DNA from: Zygophlyctis sp. KS116
Taxonomy: Eukaryota; Fungi; Chytridiomycota
Direction of reading: 5' to 3'
Assembly (NCBI GenBank): GCA_054661495.1
Contig: BAAFSQ010000201.1
Coordinates: forward strand, 1-18,112
DNA length: 18,112 nucleotides
How positions within the stretch are numbered: position 1 is the stretch's first letter; each line of letters starts with the position of its first letter. Position numbers and translations under genes: made by a program. The notes under the pieces were generated by a model, which saw only the letters and a list, made by a program, of their open reading frames with translations, did no database searches and was not told where the DNA came from. Positions 17,896 through 18,112 of the stretch are shown one piece after another.

Positions 17896-18112
17896 ATGAT
17901 GATACGCAAAACTAAAGCTTCTAGATTCTTTTTATTAATGTTTATAATTACAGGTCTTGTAGTATTCTCATTACATATGTGTTTGTCCGAAAACTCGTCC
18001 GATGGTACACGAGGTACACTGTCATAATTAACTCGAAAGAAATAGGAGAGTTTCCATTGATAGACCATTGTCCAGGAATAGAAATGAATAATTCAATGAT
18101 TTGCAAGGATGG
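17896..18112 (+). CDS. 5' portion of a probable type II membrane or secretory protein (truncated by window end); intron 18014-18039
   Basis: MMIRKTKASRFFLLMFIITGLVVFSLHMCLSE...: basic residues then a hydrophobic helix. Removing a 26-nt GT-AG intron keeps the frame open to the window end (EIGEFPLIDHCPGIEMNNSMICKD). Confidence 0.65.

Noticed and set aside
1-18112. Functional gene cluster, CRISPR array, tRNA/rRNA or transposon
   Set aside because: The genes are functionally unrelated housekeeping loci apart from a loose ER/glycosylation neighbourhood (SIL1, ALG11, GT32). No repeat arrays, RNA-gene signatures or transposase/RT motifs were seen.

Overview
AT-rich, extremely compact eukaryotic nuclear DNA, most likely from a zoosporic (flagellated) fungus such as a chytrid. 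The housekeeping genes are fungal-type, and an axonemal DRC9/IQCG gene and a WNK kinase are also present. Manual splicing gives 12 complete recognisable genes (ATP4, SIL1, an SLC25 amino-acid-type carrier, ALG11, an intronless GT32/OCH1-like glycosyltransferase, SNX3, DRC9/IQCG, NUP133, U2AF large subunit, RTF1, a RING-CH ligase and a WNK kinase), one 82-aa orphan ORF and the 5' end of a membrane-anchored protein gene. The fragmented ORF track is explained by about 68 GT-AG introns, all 23-34 nt by manual count. These have no polypyrimidine tract and a branch-point-like A about 6-10 nt before the 3' end. Main points of interest: (1) a miniature-intron splicing regime with apparent distance-based 3' splice-site choice; (2) a 1-nt micro-exon at 2149; (3) a U2AF65 with degenerate RRM1 RNA-contact residues and a shortened inter-RRM linker; (4) an intronless GT32 gene that looks inserted at the SNX3 start codon; (5) a WNK-SAM fusion; (6) intergenic gaps of -4 to 176 bp, with a recurring GTCCGAA motif near gene starts. 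All gene calls come from recognising motifs by eye; no database searches were run.
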